From Meyerozyma guilliermondii (lineage: Eukaryota), in contig CP128818.1 of the NCBI GenBank assembly GCA_051546255.1, positions 1,240,001 through 1,304,000 of the forward strand: a stretch of 64,000 nt of DNA, written 5' to 3'. Made by a program: the position numbers and the translations under genes. Within the stretch, counting starts at the first letter, position 1. Every line of letters begins with the position of its first letter. Of the stretch, positions 62,239 through 64,000 are shown piece by piece. The notes beneath the pieces were generated by a model. That model worked only from the letters and a program-made list of their open reading frames with translations. It did not search any database and was not told the DNA's origin.

Positions 62239-64000
62239 CTACTTCCAGTACTTGGTCGCTGCTACCTTGAACTCGCCTATCAACTCAATGTCGTCGCTGC
62301 TTGTACCAACTTGGACTTGGTAGTCGCCTTTTTCAGCACACCAAGCTTTTTGGTATTCGTCAAAAAATGAGATTGAGTCACTCATCGCCATGTCTAGATG
62401 GACTGTGACCTTCTCTCCGGGTTTCAAGTACACTTTCTCGAATCCCTTCAACTCCTTGACTGGCCGAATTATGGTGCTGTTTTGTGGGGCAACATATACC
62501 TGTACCGTTTCAGAACCTGCAACTTGGCCCACGTTTTCCACATCCACTGTAACTTTCAAGTTGTCCTGAGTATTGACTTTGAGGTTGGAGAAGACAAACT
62601 CAGAATACGATAACCCAAATCCGAACGGGAAGGCGACTTGTTTCTGCAATTTCTCGTAATAACGGTACCCAATAAAGACATCTTCGCCATAGAGCACCCT
62701 TCCTTTCTCTGTCCGGAAATTGAGGAATGTTGGGTTGTCCTGAACTTTCAATGGCCATGTCAAGCTTAGTTTCCCACAAGGATTGAAGTCGCCAAATAAA
62801 ACGTCTGCTATGGAGTTTCCAGTTTCATTTCCACCGTACCAGGCTTGGATCACTGCAGGAGCCTTTTTAATCCAAGGGAACTCAACTGGAGTACCTGATT
62901 GGTTGACCACAATTGTATTGGGATTTTCGGCCAATACTGCTCTCACCAAGTCATTGGTACGCCCCGGTAATTCCATGCTGGGACGATCGTAACCTTCACT
63001 TTCCCATTCCTGATTCAAACCAATGCAAAGAACAACTTTGTCGACACTTTTGGCAATGGAAACTGCATTGGCAATTTCCTCATCAGCGTCAATGACTTTG
63101 GCAAACCCAAACTGAATTCCGCCTCCACCAAATGGTGGTGAGCCTTCGGATTTGATGGTGGAAGTAGGAATTGACCCAAATTCAATTTTGAGATTGTAGT
63201 CGATTCCTGCCTCAAGAATTATTGTATCTTTGACCTCGATGGTTCCTAAGTTGGTGAACGAAGGTCCCCGTACTTGATTCACAGAGTTGTCGATTACAAG
63301 CTTGTCATTGATGAAAAGCTTTGCTGTGCCCCATACAGCGACTCCAAATTCATATGCTCCAGATTCCTCAACCTTCAAGTTTCCCTCCACATCTATGTAG
63401 TATAGGTTGGAGTGAAGGTCAGGATGATGGTAGTCTGCCAAGAAAATTCTAGAGTCCAGAGTGTTTATTTCGTCAAACTGACTCTTGCGGTCCACATCAT
63501 GATAAAATTTCATATTATAACCCACCTCGTGCGTAACTGGATTGACCAATCTTTGAGCAAGAGGAGGAAGCTTTTGATGAGCATACGCACCCACAGTATA
63601 TGGAGGTTGATGATCCAATTTGCTGCAGATTCCCTCGTACGGAGTCACAGTATAATATGCCTTCAAGGCAGCAGACCCACCACCGCAGTACGCTGCATAC
63701 TTTGCGTTGGGTCCAATAACTGCAATTTTCTCAGAAGACTTCAATGGAAGCATTCCTTCGTTTTTCAACAAAACGATGGACTCGTTTGAAATCTTACGAA
63801 GGAAAGCTGCCGTTTCCTTTGTGTTGTTCAAGGTATCTTCCTTTCCATTTTCTGGAATTCCTGATTGACTGGCGTAACTTATCAACTTTAAGATATTTTT
63901 CACCCGGTGATCGATGTCGTTTATGTGAAGCTCTCTGGTCTGCACCATATGGCCCATTGTAGCGTTGTCACGAAAACGAGTCGGACCTGGCATCTCCAAG
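62239..64000 (-). CDS. GH3 beta-glucosidase with PA14 insert (5' part outside the window)
   Basis: LEMPGP, ESIVLLKN, GGGSA, WESEGYDR, QAWYGGNETG, YGEDVFIGYRYY, FPFGFGLSY, RPVKELKGF. Confidence 0.93.
   Translation of the reverse strand, partial: LEMPGPTRFRDNATMGHMVQTRELHINDIDHRVKNILKLISYASQSGIPENGKEDTLNNTKETAAFLRKISNESIVLLKNEGMLPLKSSEKIAVIGPNAKYAAYCGGGSAALKAYYTVTPYEGICSKLDHQPPYTVGAYAHQKLPPLAQRLVNPVTHEVGYNMKFYHDVDRKSQFDEINTLDSRIFLADYHHPDLHSNLYYIDVEGNLKVEESGAYEFGVAVWGTAKLFINDKLVIDNSVNQVRGPSFTNLGTIEVKDTIILEAGIDYNLKIEFGSIPTSTIKSEGSPPFGGGGIQFGFAKVIDADEEIANAVSIAKSVDKVVLCIGLNQEWESEGYDRPSMELPGRTNDLVRAVLAENPNTIVVNQSGTPVEFPWIKKAPAVIQAWYGGNETGNSIADVLFGDFNPCGKLSLTWPLKVQDNPTFLNFRTEKGRVLYGEDVFIGYRYYEKLQKQVAFPFGFGLSYSEFVFSNLKVNTQDNLKVTVDVENVGQVAGSETVQVYVAPQNSTIIRPVKELKGFEKVYLKPGEKVTVHLDMAMSDSISFFDEYQKAWCAEKGDYQVQVGTSSDDIELIGEFKVAATKYWK

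Overview
Eukaryotic DNA from a compact budding-yeast genome that decodes CUG as Ser (CUG-Ser1 clade), so the supplied standard-code translations are wrong at CTG codons. Most of the window is conserved housekeeping sequence: BolA/BOL2, a BSC6-like MFS, a tRNA-Thr/tRNA-Gly tandem, NIF3, NPP1, MMS21, NADP-GDH, TIM54, ZNG1, ALG12, SFI1, BCK1, MRPL49, a SAP-family gene, DUG3, FMP46, two PHS1 copies, a ChAP, CYR1, LMO1, DRS1, SYS1 and a GH3 beta-glucosidase. Four places depart from this. (1) A sharp junction at about 5430 joins a hydantoinase/DUF917 gene and LRG1 head-to-head, both lacking their 5' ends. (2) A candidate detoxification cluster at 14.0-20.1 kb has two paralogous SAM methyltransferases sharing an upstream motif, an Mdr1-like DHA1 pump and an Mrr1-like Zn2Cys6 regulator, with an LTR-like relic inside. 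(3) A split GCR1_C-like (Crypton-related) locus lies at 20.7-21.8 kb. (4) An accessory island at 43.3-47.4 kb carries a bacterial-like isochorismatase and three orphan membrane-protein ORFs bracketed by ~93-bp direct repeats. Gene calls come from recognising motifs by eye; no database searches were run.
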